Below are positions 26,590 through 39,800 of a stretch of DNA of 64,000 nt, piece by piece. This stretch comes from Octopus vulgaris (taxonomy: Eukaryota). Position 1 is the first letter of the stretch. Each line of letters opens with the position of its first letter. The stretch lies in assembly GCA_951406725.2 (NCBI GenBank), contig OX597826.1, positions 44,392,001 to 44,456,000 on the forward strand, in the 5' to 3' direction. The notes below the pieces were generated by a model that was not told the DNA's origin, searched no databases, and was given only the letters and a program-made list of their open reading frames with translations. Position numbers and translations under genes: made by a program.

Positions 26590-26779
26590 ATATATGCATG
26601 TTCGTATGTATATATATATACACATATATACATATTTGTGTGTGTGCTTGTGTAATAAGATTAACTAGTTCTTTCAAATATGTTGTCAGCATTTCAGTTT
26701 ATAATTATTTCCGATAATTCAGAAATATGCAAAGCATAATTGTTAAACAGAGTCAAAGATAGATGAGATATACAGACAC

Positions 26780-26824
<45 letters not shown>

Positions 26825-26929
26825 TACACACTGACACCCATTCTACAGAAATGCATGCATCACGTACCTATCTCCTTACCTACCTGGCTGCATTTCCCTG
26901 TCTTTAAACCTCTCTCCCTTTCTCTTATA

Positions 26930-27008
<79 letters not shown>

Positions 27009-27262
27009 CATGTATCTTTGTATTTATTTATTTATACGTGATGACATGAGTTCACAGAGTTTGAGATGTTATATACATCGCTAGTCACAATTCGGTTTGT
27101 ATCGTTTTAGCTTCCGAAAGACACCACCCGCTCGCTAGACGTGCAGACTATATAATATATATATATATATATATATACATACGTGTGCAAGCGTGTGTGT
27201 GAGAGAGGGAGAGAGAGAGAAAGAGAGAGAGAGAGGGAGAGAGAATGTTTGTGTGTAATATA

Positions 27263-28103
27263 CAAAGTGCGTTCAAAAAGTATCCGAGTTCATTTTATCC
27301 TGACAAAACTTATGTCACGTGGAGTGAAGCTACCCTTTTTGCGCATGCACGCAAAATTTTGCACCTATAGAACACGTCGGCTCCCGTGTGCTACGTCTGG
27401 AGTACACACACAAGTGTAGTGCGCGCTTGTCAGATTTCGTTTTCATATAAGATGAATGAATGCATGGAGCAGATACCCTAAACTCGTATCTGATGATGGG
27501 GCCCATGAAGTGTGGGTTGTGGTTTGCATAGTTCTGCTTCTCCAGAGCGATTTCCAAATGGAGCTTCTTCAACTGTTCACCCAGTTCCTTGGGGATGAAT
27601 TTTGCCGACATTCTCCACATGCATAAATCCTCTGATAAAATGGAATGCACTGGTTCCGTGCTTATTCGCATTTGTTGAGCAATTTCCTGGATTGTTCCAC
27701 GACGGTCTTCCGTGATTATATGCGGACTTTCTCAATTGGTTCCATGTTTCGGCTTGTGAATAGCCTTCCCGAGCCTACCTCGCTCATCACTGAAGTGCGA
27801 CATCTTTGAAGCGGTTGTAATACGCCTTGAAATGAACTTTGTCCATGGCATCATTACCAAAGGCCAGCTGAATTTCTGAATGACTTTAAGTTATCACCAA
27901 GCTTTTGGCAAAATCGAATCCAATATCTCTGCTCGATTCGTTCGGTGAAAATGAACATCCAACAATCATGCATTACATGTGAGTATTCTAAACATAACAG
28001 CCGGGAACTGACGCAGCATACGGGCGCGAAAATTCTCAGGTATGCACAGGATTTCTCCCACCCGACATTAATTTTGGTGGGATAGGTTTTCAAACGCACT
28101 TCG
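27263..28103 (-). mobile_element. Internally deleted mariner element with both TIRs and TA TSD
   Basis: TIRs caaagtgcgttcaaaaa / ttttcaaacgcacttcg flanked by TA. Minus-strand fragments IEQRYWIRFCQKLG and VHSILSEDLCMWRMSAKFIPK match the mariner N-terminal HTH region. Confidence 0.9.
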
Positions 28104-28159
28104 TATATAGTAGATATACAAACTATATATTCCTCCTTCGATTGAAGAAACGTTGACAG

Positions 28160-28200
28160 CCCAAAATAGTTTCGAACGCTATCGGGCTCTCATCAGAGGA
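28160..28200 (-). ncRNA. Minimal hammerhead-like motif
   Basis: Minus strand: cct-CTGATGA-GAGC-ccgatagc-GTTC-GAAACTATT. Stem III is one change from palindromic ACTAGT; stem I is poor. Confidence 0.45.
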
Positions 28201-28631
28201 ATCTTTGCATAGTCAACGAAAAAGACGAAGGCTCAACGCAGCAATGTGTATATAAATGTTACGGGTGTGTATGTAGAAGGAGTTGTATGTTTGTGTGTGT
28301 GTTTGCGCGCAAATATTATTTTGCTTTAATACTTGCTTCATTTTCCCTTTGCGTTTTCATCCTCAGAGTTATCTTTTTGATCCCGAGCTTTGATTCTGTT
28401 TCCAGTATTTTTCTCCATATCTTTTTGCAGGACTTATCCGCTTGAATTCAATTCAATTATTGACAGGTTATTATCTCCATATTCTTTCTGCGTCTTAAAG
28501 TTTTGTAGTTTCTCCGTTACTCACAGCTTCTTTATCTCTTTGGCTTACTATAAACTGTTGCATCTTTGAAAAGATTGTTTTCCGTTCATGATCCTCAATT
28601 CTTTACTTGCCTTCATTACCATCACATCTTT

Positions 28632-28687
<56 letters not shown>

Positions 28688-29459
28688 ATACATACATGCA
28701 TACATACATACATACATGTATGTATGTATGTATGTATGTATGTATGTATGTATAGATAGAGAGAGAGAGAGAAGGAGAGGGAGGGAGAGAGATGGATAAG
28801 TAGATAGATGGATAGATAAATAGATATATTTACATGCATATAAATATTTCTATATATACACACACGTACATATGAGGCAGCCTCCCTTTTGATAATTTAG
28901 ACAGTATTATATAACGCACAGCGTCCATAAGAGATGGTATATCAGGACAACAGCCGCAGTGACTGATCTGTTAACGGTGTATCTACATTAAGTATGACAC
29001 ATAGATGACAATTTCAATTAAATACTTCCTTAATTGCGTATATCGGATTTTTATTCACTCGGGCAGCTATTCGCAACATCAGTGACTGTTTTATTCTGTT
29101 TCCTATATCAGAAGCAACGAATTTTTGTCGACAGCAAATTTTCCCTTTTGAAATTTCTCGAAACGGTCGAAACGTCTATGGGGTCCATTCTAGGTGCTGC
29201 TGTGACAAGTTTGCGTCTTCTTCCAATATATATGATTTTTAATACAGTATATCTGTAACATAGTTCATCTCAGAACAAATGCTCCAGTAACTGTCCTATC
29301 AACAGTCTATAAACATTAAGTAATAATAAAACTTGATTGTTACATGCACACGTACACTCGCATGCACACACACACGCGCGCGCACAATACATGGAAGTGG
29401 GAATATAGGCAGTTTCTCTTTATTATTAGCAACCATACTGATATTACGACAAAGCGGAA

Positions 29460-29660
29460 AGCGGTGAGCTGGCGAAATTGTTGGAAGAACCGGAGAAAAT
29501 GTTTAACGGCACATTCGGAGCTCAAACTCTGCTGAGATTGACTTTGCCTTTCTTCATTTCGGCGGCGACAAAATAAGTACCAGTTGAGCACAGGGGTCGG
29601 CGTTTAATCGACTTAACATCTCGTTCGCACTTGCTGGCCTTGTGCCAAAATTTGAAATCA
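29460..29660 (+). mobile_element. SINE family A, degenerate
   Basis: ggtgagctggcgaaattgtt...gactttgcctt...aagtaccagttgagcacaggggtcg...ttgtgccaaaatttgaaa. Confidence 0.75.
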
Positions 29661-30299
29661 GTATCACAGCTGATAGGCAAACATTAGGTTTAGCAAAACG
29701 GCAATCAAATCGAAGCAATGGTGGTTACGAATTTCGAGCGAGGAAAACGAATAAAGAAAGCAGTGGCAGATATTAACAGAAAGGAAGAAAATGATAGAAA
29801 ATACTCAATCCTTAGATTAAACTGTATATGAAGGGAAACCATCTATGATAAGCAACAGACACGTTTGGCTCTTTTAACTCTCATAGCGAAACATATTCAA
29901 CTCACCTTACAAGTGAACTGTCAGCTATTTATAGACGAATTCTTATATATATTTGCCAGTTTATTCTCCTATTAGAATTTTCTTATTTCTTTTCTTCTCA
30001 TCTTACAACTCGTTTTTGTTTGTATCATTTTTGCTTTGTAACTCTATTGGCAAAGACATTGTAAATAATGAACACATAGATTGTTTTTTGTTTTAACCAA
30101 CGCCTTTGTGGTTTGAAACTGATGAATTATTTACTGACAATAATATTTGGATACTTGGTGTGGAGGTGAAAAATTTCATTACATCACAATGTTATAGTTT
30201 CTATGTGTTATTTATGTATGAACTAATACACCTCACATTATAAGTCAGCATGTATATTTACGTGTATGTACACCACGTATATATTTCTCTCTCTTTCAC

Positions 30300-30605
<306 letters not shown>

Positions 30606-31362
30606 TGTTTCTCTTGTCACTTGATAAAACTTATATGTAACAACAACTATAAACGTATGTCAGTGCGAACGAATGCATATTTAAACAGATACATATTTAT
30701 AAAATAAAAACATAGTGATAAGAAAACTCCCCGCCAACGCTGTGCACTATATTTTCGGTTCACCTACCAATATTATATGAGTTGTCGGAAGTGCATGCTG
30801 AACAAGCAAAATAAAACAAAAAAAAAACAAAAAGAAGAAGTAAGTACAACTGAAAGATTAATGAGAATTTCTATAGAATGGCTCTGATGTAATATATTTT
30901 TGCTATTTTGTTTCATATGTTAAAAAGATTATCCTGAGAAAAGAAAATAAACGAGATTGTAAACATACTCACTAAATCCCCTAAATATTTACTTCGCGAC
31001 CCTTGAAAAAAAGGTTTCCAGCGAGGTTAGTAATTTCGCTTAAAATATTTTGCATTTTCTAAATTGTGTTTTATAAGAGAATAGAGATGTGGTATGAGGC
31101 AGTTTTGACAGCAGTAGTAGTGGTAATGGAGAATTTGTCGGTCATCTTACTGAGTTGGGCTTTCAAAACGAAAAGAAGGCTAAAAGTGGTGCCAGAATAC
31201 ACATCATCACCATCATCATCATAAGCATTAGCATCACCATCATCCTTGTCATTGTCGCTTTCCTAGTTATAATAACAGTTCTTTCTACTATAGGCACAAG
31301 GCCTGAAATGTAAGGAGGGGAATATTCGATTACATCAGCGCCTGTACTCATCTGGTACTTAT

Positions 31363-31511
31363 TAACAAAACCTTCCGACGAACGGGAACGTGAAACTGAG
31401 TAACTGCTTTTGTTAAATTTCTGCTGCTTAATAAATAAAGCATATTACTCTACCTCTGGTATTTGAGTACACTTTTTTCCACCTTGTTTCACATTTATGT
31501 GTTTACTCCGG
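31363..31511 (+). mobile_element. PLE-like terminal fragment with hammerhead-like motif, ending at (TA)n
   Basis: CCGACGA-ACG-GGAA-CGT-GAAAC at 31375-31396, followed by aataaataaa and then (TA)n. Confidence 0.5.
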
Positions 31512-32282
31512 TATATATATATATATATATATATATAGGAAAAGTAAGAAGAAAAATTAAGCGAAAATACACGTTGGAAATCAAAAAAAGTAAAGGCTTT
31601 TTATGAAAAGTAACAATAGATATATGCAATTAGCTGAACTGTGGTAGGAATAAAAGTGATAATTATCTAAGTGATGTGTACACTGCAGGATTCTCCTCAG
31701 GCCAAGGGTATGGTGATTAAATGAAATTTACATTGTCGCTAAAAGGTACATGTCAACACACGGGAAATTCGACCAGAATGTGAGGAGAGCACAGTTAGAG
31801 TGGGGAATATATTGTGAAGAGAAAATTAGGAGCTTAAGAATGGAATATAGAAAAGAGAAACAATAAAAAAAGACAAGGGAGTGGAAGAGTTGTAAGGAAT
31901 TTAAGCAAGGTCATTTCGCAAGTGGTTTCAATAGGGCCGAGCCTTAGAGATAAGTATGAGGAGTGGTATTTGAAAGGATAATGTAAAGGGAAAAGCTGGT
32001 GGGGAAAATCCTTTGTGAGCAAGAGGGAGAAAAAATATGCATGAAGTGATAGTGTAGTAGTAAAAATTGAGTAAAAATATATATGTAATCCCTAATAGCG
32101 GAGCAGTCTACCCGAGGCAATTTTGGTAAAACCCCACAAGATATCGCGGATTACTCTACTATCTCTATGGTTTATTTCCTCCTAATAAGAAAAAAGCATA
32201 CTCAGAGTAGTTCCAACCAGCTTCAACCGTCTTGCCACCGTCATGCCCCTTTCTACTCTCACTTTTCTCATGATAATAATGA

Positions 32283-32865
32283 TCGTTTCTGCTATAGACA
32301 CAAGACCTGAAATTTGGGGGAAGGGGGTCGATGAAATCGACCCCAGGACGTAACTGGTACTTATTTCATCGAACCTGAAGAGATGAAAGGCATAGTCAAC
32401 CCCGGCGTAATTTGAACACAGAACGTAGAGACAGGCGAATACCTATTTCTATTTCTTTACTACCCACAAGGGGCTAAACACAGAGTGGACAAACAAGGAC
32501 AAAAAAAACGGATTAAGTCGATTATATCGACCCCAATGCGTAACTGGTACTTATATAATCAACCTCGAAAGGATGAAAAGCAAAGTCGACCTCGGCGGAA
32601 TTTGAACTAAGAACGTAGCGGCAGACGAAATACCTATTTCTTTACTACACACAGGGGGCTAAACACAGAGAGGATAAACAAGGACAGACAAACGGATTAA
32701 GTCGATTATATCGACGCCAGTGCGTAACTGGTACTTAATTTATCGACCCCGAAAGGATGAAATGCAAAGTCGACCTCGGCGGAATTTGAACTCAGAACGT
32801 AGCGACGGGTGAAATACCGCTAAGCATTTCGTCCAGTGTGCTAACGATTATACCAGCTCACAGCC
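32283..32865 (-). mobile_element. SINE family A, trimeric body
   Basis: Three consecutive copies of gtaactggtactta...gaaaggatgaaa.gcaaagtcgacctcggcggaatttgaact; head at 32800-32865. Confidence 0.9.
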
Positions 32866-33717
32866 TCCTCTCATGATGATAATGATACTAAACGCAAAAT
32901 ATTTCTTTAAAAAACCTCAAACTAGCCTAAATAAAACATCAATCACTGGCATTGTAAAAATAAGTACAATGTACATACATTGGTATACACGCAAGTAACC
33001 TTAAATACACCTATTGTTTAGTGATCCGTAGCTAATGTCAAACATCAGTTCACACGCTAAGTTGTTAGATTTGACAGCAACCGATTTTCAAAATATATTT
33101 CGTTTCCCATTAACAAGCGTTGACTTCAATTGATTGTGTCGTGGCATGAGAAAATATAGCTTGCTTTAATACATTTGTTGATGTGAGGAAGTTCTAGTTG
33201 AGAATAACTGAAATGAGGTAAAATAAGTGTGTCTAATGAATAATTGAATAAAGCTGAAGTATTTCAAATACACAAGTCCGTTTTTAAAAATACAGCGTTG
33301 TAAGGTATGAGGGAATAAAATTGCATATTCATACGTTTATTATAACTTATCCTACAAAATCCATCTTGTTCAATTTCACTTAGTTATATATAATATTATT
33401 TGTGTTATAATTTACACAACTCTTTTAAATGCTTATTCCAAAACTTGGTTTCTCTTGCGAACACCCGTGTCAAATTAAAAGTTTTTCTTTTTTGTTTGTT
33501 CACAAGAACGTCGGCATATGATGTAGGTGTGGCTATGTGGTAAGAAGCTTACTTCTCAACCACATGTTTCTTGATTTACTCCGGCTGCCCGGCAACTTAG
33601 GCAAGTGTTTTCTTCCATGCTTGGGGGCCTACCAAAACATTGTGAGTGGATTTGGTAGACGGAAACTGAAAGAAACCCGTCATATAGGTATACATATATA
33701 TATATATATATATATAT

Positions 33718-34039
33718 TACGGAGATGTACTCGCATAGCAAGTAATTTGATCTGAGATCGTGTGCTGAAACGAAAACAATTGCAGCGTGGAAGGTGTTTA
33801 TAAGCCATTTAAGAAACACACAAAAGCCGTTCGATTCACTTCAACATTTAAGTTTAATTTGTCAAAATATTTTCGTCGCTAAAATCCGCGACCTGTTCAC
33901 TGCAGCACGGACTTTGTCAGTGAACAGGTCGCGGATTTTAGCGACGAAAATATTTTGACAAATTAAACTTAAATGTTGAAGTGAATCGAACGGCTTTTGT
34001 GTGTTTCTTAAATGGCTTATAAACACCTTCCATGCTGCA

Positions 34040-34044
<5 letters not shown>
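33718..34044. mobile_element. (TA)n-flanked fold-back element (127-bp arms) carrying a variant hammerhead
   Basis: 33776-33902 versus 33918-34044 are reverse complements with one mismatch and a 15-nt spacer. Confidence 0.85.
33913..33962 (+). ncRNA. Type I minimal hammerhead with G3-C8 core variant (GUGAACA)
   Basis: Stem I TTTGTCA/TGACAAA; core GTGAACA+G; stem II GTCGC/GCGAC; GAA; palindromic stem III AATATT; position 17 = U. Confidence 0.65.
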
Positions 34045-34093
<49 letters not shown>

Positions 34094-34110
34094 GATGTAT
34101 ATAAATAAAT

Positions 34111-34162
<52 letters not shown>

Positions 34163-34168
<6 letters not shown>

Positions 34169-34462
34169 AATGAGATAGGGGTTGAAAATTCAATGTTAAT
34201 GCCTCATTTATACCTGCCTTTATGGCTTATAGGTTAAATGAGGTATGACTGCCCTCGCTGCCGAAACAGCTGTCAGATGTGATTTAATTACATATTATAT
34301 TTGAAATTTTATACTTATATCTCTTTGTCTATTTACATTTACTGTATATTTTGTATAATGCTTTTACTGATATGTAATGGTGTAATAAAGTAATGTTTGG
34401 GTATCATTTGATAGTTGATGTTTTATTGATTTAAGTATGTTTCTCCATTTTCTAATTTTGTA

Positions 34463-34463
<1 letters not shown>
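34163..34463 (+). mobile_element. (TA)n-flanked PLE-like fragment with 3' half of a hammerhead
   Basis: gcc-GAA-ACAGCTGT-C^AGA at about 34260-34278; the 5' CUGANGA half is absent. Confidence 0.55.
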
Positions 34464-34513
<50 letters not shown>

Positions 34514-34520
34514 TGTATAT

Positions 34521-35700
34521 AAACAGAATTAGCGGTTACAGTAAGTGAATAAGGGATAAAATATCCATATACTATCAGTATCCGTTACCTGTATTATCCG
34601 CGGGCGATTGCGTGCAGGCGCACCATACACGAAAACTGCAGATAGCAACAGGATAAACAGGAGTTTATAAGGAACCAATGCAAATAAATAATTAGAAAAT
34701 GAAGAAAACCGTAGATTAACCTACACATCGATTGCACCACATTTATAGCTTATTTATTAATACAAAGCATGACATAACAAAACTTACAGCCGTTTCTAAT
34801 CAGATTGCCAGAATGCAGTCTATACATAAATGCGAGAATAAAATTCTTCATTTTCATAGGGCATTCGAATTAATGCAACAGATCATCATCAGAGTGAAAA
34901 CAAGAGCATATAAAGGACGAAGTAAAAAGAAAGAAACCATGGCTTTGACAAATAATATAGAAGCTCAATATGTTAAGTGCAAATAATTATTTACCATCAG
35001 GGCTACGAGAGCGTAGATGAAAGAGTGCGCTAGTAAAGTTCTAGGAAATGCTACAAATTATTAACGGGTGGTCGCAATAAAAGGGGGTCAAGATGTTAAA
35101 AAAAGAAGTTATCAAGAAACTATAAGTAAGGAAAATACTAACATGATTATCAAAGGTCAATACCTATGCAAACGGAGTAGACTTAAGTGAAAGTAAACAA
35201 ATATCGTAGGGTGTTAAAGAAAGAATTTACTCACATGAATTAATACTAAGAATCCCACCTATGATCCACAATGGGTCAAGTCTAAGTCCAGAGGTCTCTA
35301 TATTGGTCAGTTACAATTTGAAATAGGGTCATAAGTTAAAACCGTTACAAAGGGTTTGTTTATAAAATAAACAAGAAAAGAAAGGAAAGAAGAAAGGTAC
35401 GGGAGATTAGTCAATGAATAGATATTTAGGGCCGTATATGTCCTTCAACATCTTAACATTATAACATGCAAGACGGAAGCATTATGAGACTACAGGTTAG
35501 TGGTTAAGGGGAGGCAACAGGTTTTGGTAAATCAGCGGTTCAATGAAAACTAGGGAAAGAAGTAGGGCTAAACCTCGTATATAGCGAATTGTAGTAATAA
35601 TTAGGTATATACAGGTATGTAAAGAAAATACATCCTATAGGTGCTCGACAGTGCATAAATAAATGGCACTAACAGTTATGCGGATAATATTTAAGGCCAA
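34521..35700 (-). mobile_element. PLE-like non-coding fragment containing a long-loop hammerhead
   Basis: Begins at (TA)n. Minus strand 34896-34781 reads act-CTGATGA-TGATC...GATTA-GAA-ACGGCTGT-A^AGT. Confidence 0.55.
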
Positions 35701-37198
35701 GATAGTGCTGATGTTCCCGTAACTTAGCAGTTCGGCTAAGAGGCCGGCAAAATAAATGTCAACCTTAAAATTAAAATAAATACTGGGGCCGATTCATTCG
35801 ATTAACAATTCTTGAAGGCGGTACCGAAGCATGGTCGAAGTCTAATGAAACAATTAAAACGTAGAAGATATGGCGCGAAATAATTTTATCAAAGGTTCAT
35901 CGTGGATTTCATGATGAGTCGTAGTTGACTGTAATTTATACCCGGGGTGTCAAAGTGAGTGTTTAAAAACACTCGTAAATGAATATAATGAGACATTTTG
36001 CTTGGCGTTTCATTGATTCACGCTACTGCCATACTGAACTGATAAAATAATGAATAACACATTTCGTGGTATCTTTCTATCATTCTTTTTTCCGAATGAG
36101 AAGTTTCGTACTTAAAAATGATCACTTTTGCCTAGGTAAGGTCTTAAGTATTACATATATGTTTAATTAAATTTAGCTTATTTTCATTTAGTGTCTAGCA
36201 AATGAAAAACATTTACTAAGACGTCACTTTTATACATTTGGCTGTGAAAGGTCAGAAGGGCAATTATATTTAGATGAATTACATCTAATAGTTATCCCTA
36301 TTCCACGTATCTAGGATTCTCATCTGTTAAGGAAATACGAATGGATGCTAATTACGCCGTTAATATATTGATTGTAATGTGATTTTAATGATTAGCTTTC
36401 CCTTTTAATTCCTTGATTCACTATCTAAAGACAAGGTAACATGCACATCGAAGGGTTTTACATGAATAACAGGTGTACGAGAGGTAGTTAATTTGACATT
36501 AAAGATGAATAGCTTTAATTGGAGGATACCAAAATAGCTAATGATGCAAAAAAAAAAATCTTGACTTTTTATCTGAGGTTGATATTTGGTAACATAGTTT
36601 TATATACTGGTTTTAAAAATTACATGCCATCTTATCCCAAAGTGATCTCGACTCAAATTTACATTTAACTAATCAGAAATATTACGCATTATACTTACAT
36701 AATTTTTTATAATGCTATTATTAATATCTCTTATTATACAAGTTGGACAGATGTAAAAAAATGTCATATCAAGATTATTAATGAAATTGGAGTGATCATG
36801 TAAGTTTATGTATTATTAAAAGCGAATATTTTTGAGATGACATTTCTATAAATACGGTTCCTTTTATAAACTACAGGGAAATGTTATGAAGGTAAACCTC
36901 TTGTGTAGCAGATGGCGAGTGTTGGTTGTGTGCCGGGATATAATTTCAATAAACAGGAAAGAATAAGGTAGAATAAATGACATGAAGTAGGAAATTTACC
37001 TACGCTCAGTAAACTGAGAACAGGAACCTAGGAAACGGAATCTAATGTTTTATCAATTCTCGATTAAAACTATTGCATATCTCTAACGATACTAATTACG
37101 ATTGAGAAACGCACGATTGTCAAATTCAATCCCCGTCGTAAATATTAAACATTTATCTGGAGCCTGTACGAAACTGTATATCTGATATAACTCATAAA

Positions 37199-37847
37199 TC
37201 TCTATATCTATAAACGGAAAAATGTCTGTGTATCTGTGTGTCTGTGTGTTTGTGTGTCTGTGTGTCCTTTATACAAATCCACAGTTTTTCACGTAAAAGG
37301 CTCGCATTTTCTATGGGCTTTCAAAACTGTCTGAGGATGATCGTGAAGATCTTTTCATTTCCCCAGTCACCCCAGAAAACCATTAAAAAGTTGATAAACC
37401 GACCCCTTATGACCATAAGGTATGGGCATATCCATTCAAAATCGCTAAAACATAGAAATTTGTACGCGGTGCGTGCGTACAGCTAGATACACCAAAAGAC
37501 TGCCAGCTGTTTTTTGATTGGACGGAGATAATTTTACCCTTGACAGTTGAATGCGTGTGCGGATTTGCAGACAGTCTGTATGACTCAGCACATTTATGTG
37601 TTTTGCGAAGACGCGTTATCATGCGTTTTGGCTTTCAAACGTGCATGCTTTTTTGATTTGTGAAATGCAGGGAATAATTAACGAGTTAGACCAAATGAAT
37701 GACAAGAGAGCGGGATTTTCATGAAAGACCAAATATGTTTGATATGCTATCATTACGTATGCCATACAAGAGTTGGAGCCTATTCAATGAATCTACTTAG
37801 CAACAAGCACTAGCACTAGACCCGGCAACGTCGGGTCATAGTGCTAG
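37199..37847 (+). mobile_element. Non-autonomous Helitron
   Basis: A|TC 5' end followed by tatatctataaa and (TGTC/TG)n. 3' GC hairpin gacccggcaacgtcgggtc then CTAG|T. No TSD. Confidence 0.8.
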
Positions 37848-38199
37848 TATTAGATAGTATCGACTGTATTATCTAACATCATTTATAAATTATCAACAAA
37901 GTAACTTGGTAATAAAGCGGTATTTCTTTTGTATATTTCTAATTTACAAATTACAAATACATACACGATTTTTAAGACATTGATGCTTCAAGATATCCTT
38001 TAAACCAGATAAAATATCATCCGGGAATCTGAAATTCTGCTCCCACTGTATTAGTTTACTTGGTAAATAATAATATGGACGGTGTATTCTCCTTAAATTA
38101 TTTACATTTTAACATTTGATGGATATTTCGCTTTCTGCAGTTCAAGTGTTATTTTACTCAAATTTTATTTATGTTATAAAATCTAATGCAGACGCAATC

Positions 38200-39800
38200 G
38201 TCAATGATGTAAAACGTAAACGTCAGTTAATATTGAATCAAGTTCTTTGTGAAAGCTACGTGAAGTTTCAGCTTTTGATAAATTAGCTGTTCATGATGTA
38301 AAGAAGCGAAATGAAAAATGAACACTATTAGTAATTTGAAGAAGCAAGGGAACATTAGAAAAAGTATGAAATATTATCTAGTGATGATAGAATGATTTCG
38401 ACAGCGCCTACTTGATGATGAACACTTGTCATATATCCTGCTAATGCAACAATATGTTTTTTTCCTAAATCACTTGATGAATATTTATATCAGTGTGATT
38501 ATGCAGGATGCCTTGTGAGGTCTAGTCTTCCTACACACACGAGAATTCCATGACATTTGAAGCGTCATGTAATTCCCATGTATGAAGTAGGTGGCAGGTA
38601 ATTTAGGTGTATTTGATGGGTTTATCTTTGATTAAAACATGACTTTTGAACAGGTGTATAATGCAAATGAAACTGTATTGTATTGGCGACGCATGTCCAA
38701 AAGTATATTGAATGGAGAAGACGAAAAAGGACCTACATAATTAGAAATACCTAAGAATAGGGTTAGCTCTCTGGGGTTTTCAAATGCTGTATGTACACAC
38801 AGATGTATATCACTGGTGGTAGGAAACAGTTAATAACCCATTGTCTTGAAAGCTTTGAAACTGTCCGACTAATAAACTCTACAAATAAGAATAGCTGGAT
38901 TATTGAGATTATTATACGATTGCTTGTAAAGTATTTTGTACCAGAAACCAGAATTCACTGCACATATGTAGGTCTTCAGAAAAATCGGAGATTTCTTATT
39001 CTGAACAAATATTTAACTCACGACATAGCGGAAATCCAGTCTTATTATACAAGTTGGACAGATGTAAAAAAATGTCATATCAAGATTATTAATGAAATTG
39101 GAGTGATCATGTAAGTTTAACATTTTTACTGCATTCTTAAAACCAAATTATACATCACTTATTCAAATGCAAGACTGCGGATTATTGTATTCTATGAATA
39201 CTAAGTACCACACACAGTTAAGAAAACGTATTACATATGGTCAATGCCAGTAAGTTTATGTAGACATTCAATAAAGAAAAAAAATTAAAGATTTGTTCTG
39301 GTATGTTACCAGAGCTTGGAGTAATGTGAAACCGTCAATAACAAACGAATCGCTAGCAAAGTTACATCTGGCTCAATATTTGAAAATTCAGCGATTTTAC
39401 AAAATATATATAAAAAAAAATGGGGGTTGTTTCAACATGTCTAATGTCTTACGGGAATCTGGAGCCAAGAATAGAGCAAATACATTCAGAAAAGAAAATC
39501 TGAATTAATGGATAAATTTCACCGAAGAGACACCTGCTCTGTGTCACTTTATTAAATCTCAAATTATAGACATGATTATGAATTTTATTAAGAACAATGA
39601 AAATCATGAGAAACACAGCAACAAAAGGGAAGCGTATTGGCTCAGTATTGTCAAGCTACGAGTATTTCAGAGAATGCATGAAATAATGAAACAGGTTGAG
39701 CGTACGCTCCTAAATAACGGAGCGAGAGATAAGGAATTTTTATTACAGGCATGAAAAATTACGCGAGGAAAGATATAAAACTATGAAGGAATTTCACTGG
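38200..39800 (+). mobile_element. Highly decayed Tigger/pogo (CENP-B-like DDE) transposase
   Basis: Motifs EQVYNANETVLYW (cf. NADETGL.W), KNRVSSLGFSNA, NKNSWI, LILNKYLTH (cf. LILDN..AH), FLKPNYTSLIQMQDCG (cf. FLPPN.TSLIQP.DQG). Boundaries are approximate. Confidence 0.8.

Larger units (their letters stand above)
33525..35865 (+). mobile_element. SINE family B split by about 2 kb of nested inserts in its (TA)n
   Basis: Head at 33525-33685 (gtggctatgtggtaagaagc...ggtagacggaaactgaaagaa). Tail at 35700-35865 (cccgtaacttagcagttcggc...gaaggcggt.cc..agcatgg). Confidence 0.75.

Noticed and set aside
38791-39114. 107-aa ORF as a host gene
   Set aside because: It is a Tigger transposase remnant read through an 80-bp insertion.
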